Shown here piece by piece: positions 12,683 to 32,734 of a stretch of DNA of 64,000 nt (its first letter is position 1; every line of letters starts with the position of its first letter). The stretch is taken from contig CATNEN010000025.1 in assembly GCA_950097015.1 (NCBI GenBank), positions 1,364,001 to 1,428,000 on the forward strand, given 5' to 3'. The notes under the pieces are model-generated. The model was given only the letters and a program-made list of their open reading frames with translations. It was not told the DNA's origin and searched no databases. The position numbers and the translations under genes are program-made. The DNA comes from Macrostomum hystrix. Its lineage: Eukaryota; Animalia; Platyhelminthes.

Positions 12683-13904
12683 GTGCCTTTCCTGCATGTA
12701 GCACTACTTACCTACGAGTAATATGTTCATTGCTTCGATAATTACCTCCGTCTGGTCGCAGTTGCTGTTTTGTATTTAGTTTTTTATAATAGTTGTTTGC
12801 AAGTCTGAATAAGGACTTGCGTTGCTTGTACCGCGCAATCGATTTTCTAATTTTCACGCCTCTCTTTCACGCCAACCCTCCCTCAAGTCAGGCCTATCTC
12901 CTCGCTTCCCGTCCCCCCATTTATTTATCGATTGCTATTAAACCCCAAGGATTTTCACACCCCATTTTCTGTTCGCACCGTTTGCCGACCCCATTCTGGC
13001 TCAGCCTATCATATTTCAACTAAATATACGCAGGCCCAAGTATTTGTAAACAGAACAGCCTGTTTTCGCTGTTCCTATTCAAGCACATTTGGCTAGTCTA
13101 TCTATAAAAAGAAAAGTTTGTAGGACCACCAAGCCATATCGCCATCCAGTTTTAAACCAAGGGAGAATTCCCAAAATTTCCCCAATCTTTATGGGGAAGT
13201 GCCCAAATGCTAATAGCGTTGGGTGGTGATTGATTGGTTGACAGACAAAGCGATGGTGTCCTGTGGTTGAGCTGCGCCTAATATTTAGGCTTGATCAGTG
13301 AAATGGGAGAAATTCGCATCAGTGTGTCCATAGTGGCCTATTTAAACCTGTTGTAGCCCTTGAAGGTCCAGCAAATCCGTCTAGATAAAGTTAGGTGACC
13401 ACCGAAGACGGAGATGATGCAGGCACATTCGGGTGACATGCTGATCAATTTTGAAGGCCTGGCAAGGCCGCACTGAGACGCAGTGCTAATTTGTGTATCG
13501 GGGTGTCGGAAATACACAAGCACTTATCGGAAAAATCTGACCTTCGGCCAGAACCGTTGAACATCTCGACGGTCGGAAGAGCTGGTGACTTGATTTTTTT
13601 GTTTCAGAAGATGCGCAACAAAAAGTTGGCCCGTGTTCTTGAGTATCGTGTGCTTGCGTTGTTCCGTTCGGGTGCAGCACAAAAAATTGTCAGTGGGAAA
13701 ATTCCCCGTTCCATTGGTAGTTTTACGGTTAAGTTAAAAACAAATAATGAAATATTTTCAGTCTAGCATAAACCTCATTCACTAAAATGGCAAGGCGCAA
13801 TTTCTGTGCGATAAAAAAGTCCTGAGGATTGAAGAACGCGTGTGTATTACGAGTATCAGAAAGTACAATCGTTTTGGTAAGATTTAGAAATCATTTTACT
13901 CATT

Positions 13905-16347
13905 TTACGCAAAGTGGTAAGCGTCTGGTTCTGGCGAGTTGACCGGATTTCTCGGGTGCAGGAATGTTCTCTCGTAGTCTCTCATCGCGTTGAACGGATT
14001 CAGCTGCGGGGCCGGGGGCGTCGGCGGCGCAGCAGGCAGCCTGACGGGTGGCGCGGTGATTTTCATGTACTCCAGTCCACCTGACGCGCCATAAGCTCCA
14101 GAGGCATCAACAGACTCCAGATCCGGGTGAAGCAGTTGACGCTGCAATTGACGCTGCTCCTGAAGGAGTCGGCTTCGACTTTTGGCAAACGCCCGACGAC
14201 GAGCTTCGCTACTGCTAGTCTGCTGCTGCTGCTGCTGCTGCTGCCGATGAGAGACCGGCGGCTGCTGCGTAGCCTGCAGCGGAGTCGGCATCAGAAGCAG
14301 CGGCGGCGGTGGCGGTTGCGCCGGAAGCAGCCGCCGATTTCCTGCCGCCACAGGAAGCTGGGAAAGTAGCGGGTGCGGCGGCTGGCGAAGCGACTGTAGT
14401 TGCTGTCGCTGATGTTGCTGCGGCGGCTGCTGCTGCTGCTGCTTCTGTGATGACGTAGCCGGATGTTGCATCAATAACTGATGCTGCCTAATTAGAAAAA
14501 AAAATGTCTAAAAGTCTAACAAGAAATGGATTCTTCCAAGTCAAAAAAAACACTTTTTTCTGAAAAAATCCCATCACACTACTTTCGTTTTCTTTGAATA
14601 GTAAAAATCGCTAATTGTGTAGTAGTCGTAATTAATTCGGCTTTAAATTTACTACTCAACATTTCTCATAAAAAACCCTAGTATTTTCCTTCTCAACTTC
14701 TCTATGAGATGCACAAAAATGCACAAAAAATGCACAAAATATACTCAGTTGAGACACAATGGGATAGACACAAAAGACACAATGGGATAAACAGAGAGAC
14801 ACAATCGGATAGACACAAGAGACACAATGGGATAAACAGAGAGACACAATCGGATAGACACAAGAGACACAATGGGATAAACAGAGAGACACAATCGGAT
14901 AGACACAAGAGACACAATGGGATAAACAGAGAGACACAATCGGATAGACACAAGAGACGCAATGGGATAAAAAGTTGAGACAGTTTAACACACACAGACT
15001 AAATTTGGTCATCCCAAGAGCACAGTGGAGCAGACGATGGACCAATTTGATACCTTCCCACATCGCCGCCGCTCCCTCCGAGACCGCGGCCTCGAAGGCT
15101 GTTCAGCCGCGGCGGACTCGGCTGTCGACGTCGGCGTTGAATGTCCAGATCGCGCTCTAACTGGGCCCGGTAGTGCCGACTCGGCGTCAGCGGCGCAGTC
15201 AAGGGCGAGGTCGATGTCGCTGCTATGGCTGCCGCCATCCAATCTTGTGCCGGACGCTGCCGACAACGACGCTGCTGCTGCTGCTGTTGCTGCAGGAGCT
15301 GCGGCTGATGCAGCTGATAGTGCAGATAGTTTAGCCTGGCTAGGCAGAGAGCCTCAGCTCGCTCTCTCAGCAATGATGCCTCGCTAGAGCTTCTGTTGCT
15401 GCTGCTGCTGCTGCTACTACTGTCACTTCTTATTTGCTGCCGATCTGATCTGCGTAAGAATGGTTAAGCTTGCTTAGATTGAAGAAAGATTGACTTTACA
15501 CACCCGCAGCTAGCGAGGTGGGAATTCCGCATGTTCTGATGACCCTGAGCACAAACTCATCGCCTGGCCTGGGATGGCCTGGGAAAAATGTTTTTTTCCA
15601 CTTTAGACATCGAACAGACTGCACATCGCTATACTCACTTACCAGTTTCTAGAATTTTTGCAACAGTCCATTCGGTTCAGCTGAGTGCTGAGCAACAGAC
15701 GCAATTAAGTGAGAGATAGCGCGACAGAATGAGAGTTGTTGAGTTCAATCAGAGCAACTGGCTATTATTTATAGCAATCTGCGGTCCGCAAGTTAACAAT
15801 TTAAACACAAATGTATTTTCTCGCTCACATAGTAAAATGAGAGAGAAAGAATGAGAGAATTCTTCAAGCTGTGCTCCACTCAGCTCAGAAGGCCGTTCTG
15901 TTTAGCCAAAATGCAATGATGGATGAAGTTTCTAGAGAACCGCCCGCTCTGAGCGTAGGGCTCGCAATGCTAACATTTACAATGGCGGCAGCGCACTGTT
16001 AACAAATAATTAAGCAGTTCAAATTTGATCGCTCCGCAGATATTATATTGTTTCTATTCTATTCCTGTCTGCTTAGGATAAATGACCCGCTATTTAATTG
16101 CAGGCTTATACAAATGGACAATCAAAAGCGAATATTATCATCTCAATTGAAGAGCTTGTCAAATGATATAACATTCAATTGCTCCTTCAGTTTAGAAAAT
16201 GAAATTTTTGTACTATAAAATCAGAACTAAAAATTATATTAGCTCATTAGACTTACCTTTTCATCAGCAGCATTTGGGCGATGAGTCTACCGCCAGGTCG
16301 AGCTGTTGGCGGATGAGCATAGCGGAGAACAGCAGCGCCAGAAAGAT
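13905..16347 (-). CDS. 3' part of an uncharacterised low-complexity (polyQ/polyS/Pro-rich) protein gene
   Basis: Phase-consistent exons 16347-16257, 15449-15054, 14487-13905 with GT-AG sites; ends ...NSPEPDAYHFA*. No recognisable domain; 5' end not located. Confidence 0.6.
14752..14972. repeat. 45-bp tandem repeat (~5 copies) in an intron of the orphan gene
   Basis: GAGACACAATGGGATAAACAGAGAGACACAATCGGATAGACACAA repeated. Confidence 0.92.
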
Positions 16348-16379
16348 CTAAATAGGCTCCACAGCCTTGCATATCGCTT

Positions 16380-16620
16380 GAGCTTGAGTCTGTGTTGAGT
16401 CTGTCTTGAGTCTGTGTTGAGTCTGTCTCTTGAGTCTGTCTTGAGTCTGTCTTGAGTCTGTGTTGAGTCTGTGTTGAGTCTGTGTTGAGTCTGTCTTGAG
16501 TCTGTGTTGAGTCTGTCTTGAGTCTGTGTTGAGTCTGTCTCTTGAGTCTGTCTTGAGTCTGTCTTGAGTCTGTCTTGAGTCTGTGTTGAGTCTGTGTTGA
16601 GTCTTTTGAGTCTGTCTTTT
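16380..16620. repeat. 11-bp minisatellite (GAGTCTGT[G/C]TT)
   Basis: Directly visible tandem units. Confidence 0.93.
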
Positions 16621-17017
16621 ATTTGTCTTGAACCTGTCTTGAGTGGTTCTGTGGTGAGTCTGACCTTATGCCGTTTAAAAATGATGAAGTGTGATAAAGA
16701 GATTACTTCGGAATGAGCTTTTAAGGGTTTAAGCAAGCTTTAAGTGAAGAAGTCTTTGAGCATGTGAGCCATCTCGCACTCTCCTTCCTGTCAGCTCATT
16801 GTGAAGCACTCAGCTGCTGAGTCTTTGCTGGCTGAAGTCAAATTGAAGAACAGAAATCTAAAAGTCGACAGGGTTGGTTGCACTCTCGCATACACAGGCT
16901 GTCTACCTTTCAACTTTCCCATTTTCCTACTGCTCTCTACTGTCACTGGAGCTCTAGCTTTTAACTTTATTAGAAAAGGAAGTGAATTGAAAAGTCAACT
17001 TGTGCATTGTGATTCAC

Positions 17018-19457
17018 TTTGAACTGTGTGTAAATTGCCACCACCATGAACCTAATAGGAAATGTTTGGATCGGATGCCTTAGAAAATCTCTTGCAGCTT
17101 ACTAGAAGTAGGCTGACCTGCAGTTTCACCATGCAGGTCAACTGCAACTGAGAGTTTAGAGAAGTGCACGGTAGGAAAGAATAGGAGACTTGAAAGGGAA
17201 GAGGAATAAATGGGGGAGGAATAAATGGGTGGAGGAAGAAAGGGGTAAGGAAGAAATGGGAGAGGAAGAAAGGGGAGAGGAAGAAAGGGGAGAGGAAGAA
17301 ATGGGTGGAGGAAGAAAGGGGAGAGGAAGAATGGGTGGAGGAAGAAAGGGGAGAGGAAGAATGGGTGGAGGAAGAAAGGGGAGAGGAAGAATGGGTGGAG
17401 GAAGAAAGGGGAGAGGAAGAAATGGGTGGAGGAAGAAAGGGGAGAGGAAGAATGGGTGGAGGAATAAAGAGGAGAGGAAGAAAGGGGAGAGGAAGAAATG
17501 GGTGGAGGAATAAAGAGGAGAGGAAGAAAGGGGAGAGGAAGAAATGGGTGGAGGAAGAAAGGGGAGAGGAAGAATGGGTGGAGGAAGAAAGGGGAGAGGA
17601 AGAAATGGGTGGAGGAAGAAAGGGGAGAGGAAGAAAGGGGAGAGGAAGAAAGGGGAGAGGAAGAATGGGTGGAAGACGAAAGGGGAGAGGAAGAAAGGGG
17701 AGAGGAAGAAATGGGAGAGGAAGAATGGGTGGAATATGGGTGAGTAGGTATATAACACGTAGCCAGAAACGGGGAGAGTGAGAAAAAGCGAGGCAAAATA
17801 GCTGAGAGAAAGAAGAAGAAACAAAAATTTCAGGAAGGAGAGAGACCTATCGATGGTGAACAATGACACCGTGGTTAAATTTTATGGAGATTTTAGGGAG
17901 AATGAATCCTCAGACCAGCTAAAAGCTAAAACTAAGCAAGAAAAAAAGCAAATAGCTTAGAAGCCGAAAGCAACAAATTGGAAAACGAGAGACCGCAAAT
18001 GGACCCATAGCGTTCAGAATTGTTTCGAGAGCTTGTAGGTAAGTATGTGGTTGGCACAGGAATACAATGAAGAAGGTAAGCTAATTGAATACTCCATTAC
18101 TGACTATCCGATTCATTGGAGGAAAAATATTTTTACATTTTCTTAGATTTCAGTGGCAGTTCAGCGCAGCGGATCCTATAGGCCTCAATGGTGGCCATTT
18201 GAACTGTTGTGTGTAAATTGCCACCACCATGAACCTAATAGGAAATGTTTGGATCGGATGCCTTAGAAAATCTCTTGCAGCTTACTAGAAGTAGGCTGAC
18301 CTGCAGTTTCACCATGCAGGTCAACTGCAACTGAGAGTTTAGAGAAGTGCACGGTAGGAAAGAATAGGAGACTTGAAAGGGAAGAGGAATAAATGGGTGG
18401 AGGAAGAAAGGGGAGAGGAAGAAATGGGAGAGGAAGAAAGGGGAGAGGAAGAAAGGGGAGAGGAAGAAATGGGTGGAGGAAGAAAGGGGAGAGGAAGAAT
18501 GGGTGGAGGAATAAAGAGGAGAGGAAGAAAGGGGAGAGGAAGAAATGGGTGGAGGAATAAAGAGGAGAGGAAGAAAGGGGAGAGGAAGAAATGGGTGGAG
18601 GAATAAAGAGGAGAGGAAGAATGGGTGGAGGAAGAAAGGGGAGAGGAAGAATGGGTGGAGGAAGAAAGGGGAGAGGAAGAATGGGTGGAGGAATAAAGGG
18701 GAGAGGAAGAATGGGTGGAGGAAGAAAGGGGAGAGGAAGAATGGGTGGAGGAATAAAGGGGAGAGGAAGAATGGGTGGAGGAAGAAAGGGGAGAGGAAGA
18801 AATGGGTGGAGGAAGAAAGGGGAGAGGAAGAATGGGTGGAGGAAGAAAGGGGAGAGGAAGAAATGGGTGGAGGAAGAAAGGGGAAAGGGGAGAGGAAGAA
18901 CGGGGAGAGAAAGAATGGGTGGAAGACGAAAGGGGAGAGGAAGAAAGGGGAGAGGAAGAAATGGGAGAGGAAGAATGGGTGGAATATGGGTGAGTAGGTA
19001 TATAACACGTAGCCAGAAACGGGGAGAGTGAGAAAAAGCGAGGCAAAATAGCTGAGAGAAAGAAGAAGAAACAAAAATGTCAGGAAGGAGAGAGACCTAT
19101 CGATGGTGAACAATGACACCGTGGTTAAATTTTATGGAGATTTTAGGGAGAATGAATCCTCAGACCAGCTAAAAGCTAAAACTAAGCAAGAAAAAAAGCA
19201 AATAGCTTAGAAGCCGAAAGCAACAAATTGGAAAACGAGAGACCGCAAATGGACCCATAGCGTTCAGAATTGTTTCGAGAGCTTGTAGGTAAGTATGTGG
19301 TTGGCACAGGAATACAATGAAGAAGGTAAGCTAATTGAATACTCCATTACTGACTATCCGATTCATTGGAGGAAAAATATTTTTACATTTTCTTTGATTT
19401 CAGTGGCAGTTCAGCGCAGCGGATCCTATAGGGCATAGGCCTCAATGGTGGCCATTT
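17018..19457. repeat. Tandem segmental duplication of a ~1.2-kb unit (17018-18200; 18198-19457), each copy containing a purine-rich GGAAGAAAGGGGAGA/GGAAGAATGGGTGGA array
   Basis: Unique flanks are repeated almost verbatim (17021 GAACTGTGTGTAAATTGCCACC vs 18201; 18151 CAGTGGCAGTTCAGCGCAGCGG vs 19401); internal array lengths differ. Confidence 0.95.
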
Positions 19458-19949
19458 CCGAAACCAATTTCGAAAGAAAATAAAACTATATTATATTTAC
19501 AGTCAGTCATGACTTTTGCACTTTTGAGACTGCCAGTCAAGACAGACAGACAGAGAAAAATTTTTTTGTCTGACTTGCCGTCGTGAGACTGAAAAATACA
19601 CTTTTTTCTCATCCTTAGTATCCAAAAGTACAGATTTGGATTTTTATCAAAATGACTGGCTCCTAAAACTAAATTAATGATCAATTGCTTTTACCTCCCC
19701 CATTCGCTTGTATTTTCTCTGGTCGATTAGTTTTTTAGTTTTTCTTCCGCGGCGTTTGCTTTGTGCACTTTTCGTAACATTGTTTACCATCTCAGACCTT
19801 GAAATGATCGTATAAATGCTCAGAGTAGTATTCAAGAATCCTAAAAAAAGGTGCGCTCAAAGCCACTTTATAGAAATCAATTGTATAAGAGGGCTTGATT
19901 GACAATAGAGAGGTGAGACGCAAAAGATATACGAAAAGAGGGAGATGTT

Positions 19950-20330
19950 ACAAGGGAAGAAATGAGACAGGGGAGAGATGAGACAGGTGAGACATGAGAC
20001 AGGGGAGAGATGAGACAGGTGAGACACGAGACAGGAGAGAGATGAGACAGGTGAGAGACGGAACAGGTGAGAGATGAGAAAGTTGAGAGATTAAACAGGT
20101 GAGAGATTGGACAGGTGAGACATGAAACAGGAAAGAGATAAGACAGGTGGGAGATAAGACAGGGGAGATATGAGACAGGAAAGAGATGAGAGAGGTGAGA
20201 GATGAGACACTGGATAGATGGGGCATGGGAGAGGTAAGACAGGTGAAAGATCATACTTAAGTGTGACGAAATACCTGATAGAGATGAGTCAGGTGAGAGA
20301 CCAGACACCAGCTGAGAAATGAGACAGAGG
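19950..20330. repeat. Degenerate ~16-bp minisatellite (GAGATGAGACAGG[T/G]GA)
   Basis: Same motif family as 22640-23055. Confidence 0.85.
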
Positions 20331-20640
20331 CGGTATTAGATGACGGCTGGGTGCAGAAAGTGACCATGGATTTTGAAGCTTCGCAGGCTGTATCTACGCG
20401 CCGACCCCTGTCCGATAATTCACACGTAAGTTCGTCGGCACGTTGCACAGTGTTGAAAGATGATTGTTATTTTTAATTATAACATTGACGCAGAATTTAT
20501 TTTCACTAGTAAAGCATCGAATGAGACTACACTTTAGCTAGACAATTTCGCAAATGACAGAAAATAGCATCGCTTTCTGGGACAATAGATGTTTAAACAG
20601 TGGATAAATTATTCGAGACCAAAGACCGGTATAATAGGAA

Positions 20641-20995
20641 CAGTCAGCTAGTCAGCCAGTCAGCCAGTCAGCCAGTCAGCCAGTCAGCCAGTCAGCCAGT
20701 CAGCCAGTCAGCCAGTCAGCCAGTCAGCCAGTCAGCCAGTCAGCCAGTCAGCCAGTCAGCCAGTCAGCCAGTCAGCCAGTCAGCCAGTCAGCCAGTCAGC
20801 CAGTCAGCCAGTCAGCCAGTCAGCCAGTCAGCCAGTCAGCCAGTCAGCCAGTCAGCCAGTCAGCCAGTCAGCCAGTCAGCCAGTCAGCCAGTCAGCCAGT
20901 CAGCCAGTCAGCCAGTCAGCCAGTCAGCCAGTCAGCCAGTCAGCCAGTCAGCCAGTCAGCCAGTCAGCCAGTCAGCCAGTCAGCCAGTCAGCCAG
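20641..20995. repeat. 8-bp perfect microsatellite (CAGTCAGC)n
   Basis: About 44 perfect units abutting the globin stop codon; ORF 20600..21211 is an artefact. Confidence 0.98.
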
Positions 20996-27735
<6,740 letters not shown>

Positions 27736-28051
27736 TTAGCGAAGCCGCAGGCTCAGGTGAATTGGCAGATTTAAATATCAACTCAAGCTATGCTCACAAT
27801 TTCCCACACTTTTTCTGCCCTAACTTTCATCAGTTTCTCATGACTCAAATTTAAGCCCTGTGGAGAGTATAAGTCACATCGCCACAGTGATTGGCTGAAG
27901 CTTTCTCTCAGCTAGTTGAGAGTGAATTCCTCGCATGCTAATTGGTTGTTGGGGTATGCCTTCCTGATTCTAATCACTAGCGCGCCTAAGCTCACTTTAT
28001 GAGCAGTTAATTTTTTAATTTATAAATGCGCTTCTAACTTTTTATTTAGCC

Positions 28052-31000
28052 GTGTGAGATTTGACTCCTCAGGGTTGTGAAATATGGGAGATTTGACTCC
28101 TCAGGGTTGTGAAATATGTGAGATTTGACTCCTCAGAGTTGTGAAATATGTGAGATTTGACTCCCCAGAGTTGTGAAATATGTGAGATTTGACTCCTCAG
28201 AGTTGTGAAATATGTGAGATTTGACTCCCCAGAGTTGTGAAATATGTGAGATTTGACTCCTCAGAGTTGTGAAATATGTGATATTTGACTTCTCAGAGTT
28301 GTGAAATATGTGAGATTTGACTCCCCAGAGTTGTGAAATATGTGAGATTTGACTCCTCAAAGTTGTGAAATATGTGAGATTTGACTCCTCAGAGTTGTGA
28401 AATATGTGAGATTTGACTCCTCAAAGTTTTGAAATATGTGAGATTTGACTTCTCAGAGTTGTGAAACTTGTGAGATTTGACTCCCCAGAGTTGTGAAATA
28501 TGTGAGATTTGACTCCTCAGAGTTGTGAAACATGTGAGATTTGACTCCTCAGAGTTGTGAAATATGTGAGATTTGACTCCTCAGAGTTGTGAAACATGTG
28601 AGATTTGACTCCCCAGAGTTGTGAAATATGTGAGATTTGACTTCTCAGGGTTGTGAAATATGTGAGATTTGACTCCCCAGAGTTGTGAAATACGTGAGAT
28701 TTGACTTCTCAGAGTTGTGAAATATGTGAGATTTGACTCCTCAGGGTTGTGAAATATGTGATATTTGACTCCCCAGAGTTGTGAAATACGTGAGATTTGA
28801 CTTCTCAGAGTTGTGAAATATGTGAGATTTGACTCCCCAGAGTTGTGAAATATGTGAGATTTGACTCCTCAGAGTTGTGAAACATGTGAGATTTGACTCC
28901 CCAGAGTTGTGAAATATGTGAGATTTGACTTCTCAGGGTTGTGAAATATGTGAGATTTGACTCCCCAGAGTTGTGAAATACGTGAGATTTGACTTCTCAG
29001 AGTTGTGAAATATGTGAGATTTGACTCCTCAGGGTTGTGAAACATGTGAGATTTGACTCCTCAAAGTTGTGAAATATGTGAGATTTGATTCCTCAGAGTT
29101 GTGAAATATGTGAGATTTGACTCCTCAGAGTTGTGAAATATGTGAGATTTGACTCCCCAGAGTTGTGAAATATGTGAGATTTGACTCCTCAAAGTTGTGA
29201 AATATGTGAGATTTGACTCCTCAAAGTTGTGAAATATGTGAGATTTGATTCCTCAGAGTTGTGAAATATGTGAGATTTGACTCCTCAGAGTTGTGAAATA
29301 TGTGAGATTTGACTCCTCAGAGTTGTGAAATATGTGAGATTTGATTCCTCAGAGTTGTGAAATATGTGAGATTTGACTTCTCAGAGTTGTGAAATATGTG
29401 AGATTTGACTCCTCAAAGTTGTGAAATATGTGAGATTTGACTCCTCAGAGTTGTGAAATATGTGAGATTTGACTCCTCAAAGTTGTGAAATATGTGAGAT
29501 TTGACTCCTCAGGGTTGTGAAATACGTGAGATTTGACTCCTCAGAGTTGTGAAATATGTGAGATTTGACTTCTCAGAGTTGTGAAATATGTGAGATTTGA
29601 CTTCTCAGAGTTGTGAAATATGTGAGATTTGACTCCTCAAAGTTGTGAAATATGTGAGATTTGACTCCTCAGAGTTGTGAAATATGTGAGATTTGACTCC
29701 TCAAAGTTGTGAAATCTGTGAGATTTGACTCCTCAAAGTTGTGAAATATGTGAGATTTGATTCCTCAGAGTTGTGAAATATGTGAGATTTGACTCCTCAA
29801 AGTTGTGAAATATGTGAGATTTGACTCCTCAAAGTTGTGAAATATGTGAGATTTGATTCCTCAGAGTTGTGAAATATGTGAGATTTGATTCCTCAGAGTT
29901 GTGAAATATGTGAGATTTGATTCCTCAGAGTTGTGAAATATGTGAGATTTGACTCCTCAGAGTTGTGAAATATGTGAGATTTGACTTCTCAGAGTTGTGA
30001 AATATGTGAGATTTGACTTCTCAGAGTTGTGAAATATGTGAGATTTGACTCCTCAGAGTTGTGAAATATGTGAGATTTGATTCCTCAGGGTTGTGAAATA
30101 TGTGAGATTTGATTCCTCAGAGTTGTGAAATATGTGAGATTTGACTCCTCAAAGTTGTGAAATATGTGAGATTTGACTCCCCAGAGTTGTGAAATATGTG
30201 AGATTTGACTCCCCAGAGTTGTGAAATATGTGAGATTTGATTCCTCAGAGTTGTGAAATATGTGAGATTTGACTCCTCAGAGTTGTGAAATATGTGAGAT
30301 TTGACTCCTCAAAGTTGTGAAACATGTGAGATTTGACTCCCCAGAGTTGTGAAATATGTGGGATTTGACTCCTCAGAGTTGTGAAATATGTGAGATTTGA
30401 CTCCTCAGAGTTGTGAAATATGTGAGATTTGACTCCCCAGAGTTTTGAAATATGTGGGATTTGACTCCCCAGAGTTTTGAAATATGTGAGATTTGACTCC
30501 TCAGAGTTGTGAAATATGTGAGATGTGACTCCTCAGAGTTGTGAAATATGTGAGATTTGACTCCTCAGAGTTGTGAAATATGTGAGATTTGACTCCCCAG
30601 AGTTTTGAAATATGTGAGATTTGACTCCCCAGAGTTTTGAAATATGTGGGATTTGACTCCTCAGAGTTGTGAAATATGTGAGATTTGATTCCTCAAAGTT
30701 GTGAAATATGTGGGTTTTGACTCCCGAGAGTTGTGAAATAATGTGGGATTTGACTCCTCAGGGTTGTGAAATATGTGAGATTTGACTCCTCAGGGTTGTG
30801 AAATATGTGGGATTTGACTCCCGAGAGTTGTGAAATATGTGAGATTTGACTCCCCAGAGTTGTGAAATATGTGAGATTTGACTCCTCAGAGTTGTGAAAT
30901 ATGTGAGATTTGACTCCCGAGAGTTGTGAAATATGTGAGATTTGATTCCTCAAAGTTGTGAAATATGTGAGATTTGACTCCTCAGGGTTGTGAAATATGT

Positions 31001-31158
31001 GAGATTTGACTCCTCAGAGTTGTGAAATATGTGGGATTTGACTCCTCAGAGTTGTGAAATATGTGAGATTTGACTCCCCAGAGTTGTGAAATATGTGAGA
31101 TTTGACTCCCCAGAGTTGTGAAATATGTGAGATTTGACTCCCCAGAGTTGTGAAATAT
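28052..31158. repeat. 32-bp satellite (GTGAGATTTGACTCCTCAGAGTTGTGAAATAT), about 97 copies
   Basis: Period 32 (AGTTGTG at 28201 and 28233). Confidence 0.98.
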
Positions 31159-31589
31159 CAAAGCTATAAATATGGAGAATTGAAATTTGTCTCTCTTTGA
31201 TGTCTAGTCACAGCCTCTGCAATTTACTTTACGAAAATGCACTTCACAGGAGAGTCTGTATTAGATTTGAGCTATCAGTTGTTGGGGTTGAGTTTGAAAT
31301 GCCAAGTAGCCTAGTCTAAGACCAGTCCACAGTTCTAAAAGTGAGTTATATAGTTATGGGAGATGACATGGGTGGGCTCCATATTGCACTTTTCTGCTCC
31401 TGGGAGCTACAGAATTAATGATATTAGACTCTAGGCAGCAGCTCTGGGTACAGATGATGAAGGAGATGCTGGCTCCGGAGGGTATATCCCTGGGATTAAA
31501 TTATCACGGAAGACAAACTAATTAAATATTATTTTTATATTGGCTTGTCTTGGTTGTGGCGGCAACACCGTTGGAAACTGTCAATAATA

Positions 31590-31935
31590 ATGATAATAAT
31601 CATTGCAGGAGGGCTGCGGGCACCGTTATATTACTTGGTGGCACTAGACCCGCAGCCAGCGAGTAGGCCATTCTGCCCATTCCGCTGACTCCTGAGCACA
31701 CACGCACACAGATACTGTGTACACACAGGTGTGTACATCTGCCCTGACTTTCTCATCGTCTTTCTCAGGCAGTGTGCCGTGGAGGTTGGCCCTCAAGGGC
31801 GTAAATTGCACGCCAAGCCACCAAGCCTTCTCTCCGCGGCTTCGCTCCAAATGAATGTGGCCTCGCCGCGGAATCGAGCTGAGGGACCGTGGTGCGAGAG
31901 GCAAACGCGTTAGACTGATCTGCCGCTCACTCCAC
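31590..31935 (-). mobile_element. tRNA-derived SINE, family 1
   Basis: Reverse complement of the 24781 copy (GCACTAGACCCGCAGCCAGCGAG...GCCGCGGAATCGAGCT...CTGCCGCTCAC); AATAAT tail at 31586-31600. Confidence 0.88.
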
Positions 31936-32734
31936 TTGCTTTTACTGTTAATAAGCACGCAGTGTCTATCAAGCTTCTTCCGCCTGACCCCTTAATGTAT
32001 TAGCCCATAGAAGCAGACAGAGACTTATTTTCTTGAGTGCCACGCAAAGTCAAATCAGGTCGATCACCTTGAAGCGAACTCTGCTGCTAATTTATTTGAA
32101 AGAAATATTTCCCATTGGGTCTTCGACTGAGCAACAGCAACGATAAGAAAATATTAGAGCATTATAGGCGGCAGCAATGCCAACAGTGTTCGTACAGCCA
32201 TGCGAAACCAACCACCCACTCTCCGCTCTTCTCTCTCCCCTCCCTCTCTCCCTATGTCTCTCTTCATTTCTGACTGTCGCACATGCATGCGACCCGTGGC
32301 TGCAGCAGCTGTTGCCGCCGATTTTCTTTGTCTATATGGAACCGGATTTTGTCTCTTTGACGGAGAAAAATATTGCCAGTGGTGGGAAAATGCGATCGAG
32401 AGGGAGGCACATAGATACAATGCGCTAGCATTGGTGGAAATTCAACCAGTTGTTGCTGTCTGGTAGCCAACGCACACACACAGAACTGGGAACTGGGAAC
32501 AGATACGGGCTTCGAGATCCCAGGGTTGAAAGCTAAGTTTCTTACAGTGTGCAAAAATTTAAAAGCTTGCCTGCGAGGCTTGACTCTCAACCATTTCTGC
32601 CAGTAATCTTTTTCTGCTTTGCCACAGTTTTAAGCTTTTAAGCGTTGTTAACTAACGGTAAGTCTGTTCGAGCTTAATATCATAAAATATGTACATTCTT
32701 TTATTACAAGGACATTTTTTCTGCTGCAGCAATT

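Noticed and set aside
17870-18200. Plus-strand splice-like signals (GTAGGTAAGT, GAAGGTAAGC, TTTCAG) in the duplicated unit, and a donor-like CACGTAAGT near 20425
   Set aside because: No coherent open, phase-consistent gene model could be built.
19694-19797. Minus-strand candidate exon (SEMVNNVTKSAQSKRRGRK...MGE)
   Set aside because: It ends in phase 0 and cannot join the phase-1 downstream exons of the orphan gene; no other support.
28052-31158. 32-bp repeats of CRISPR-like length
   Set aside because: Units are head-to-tail with no unique spacers, no cas genes, and the context is eukaryotic.
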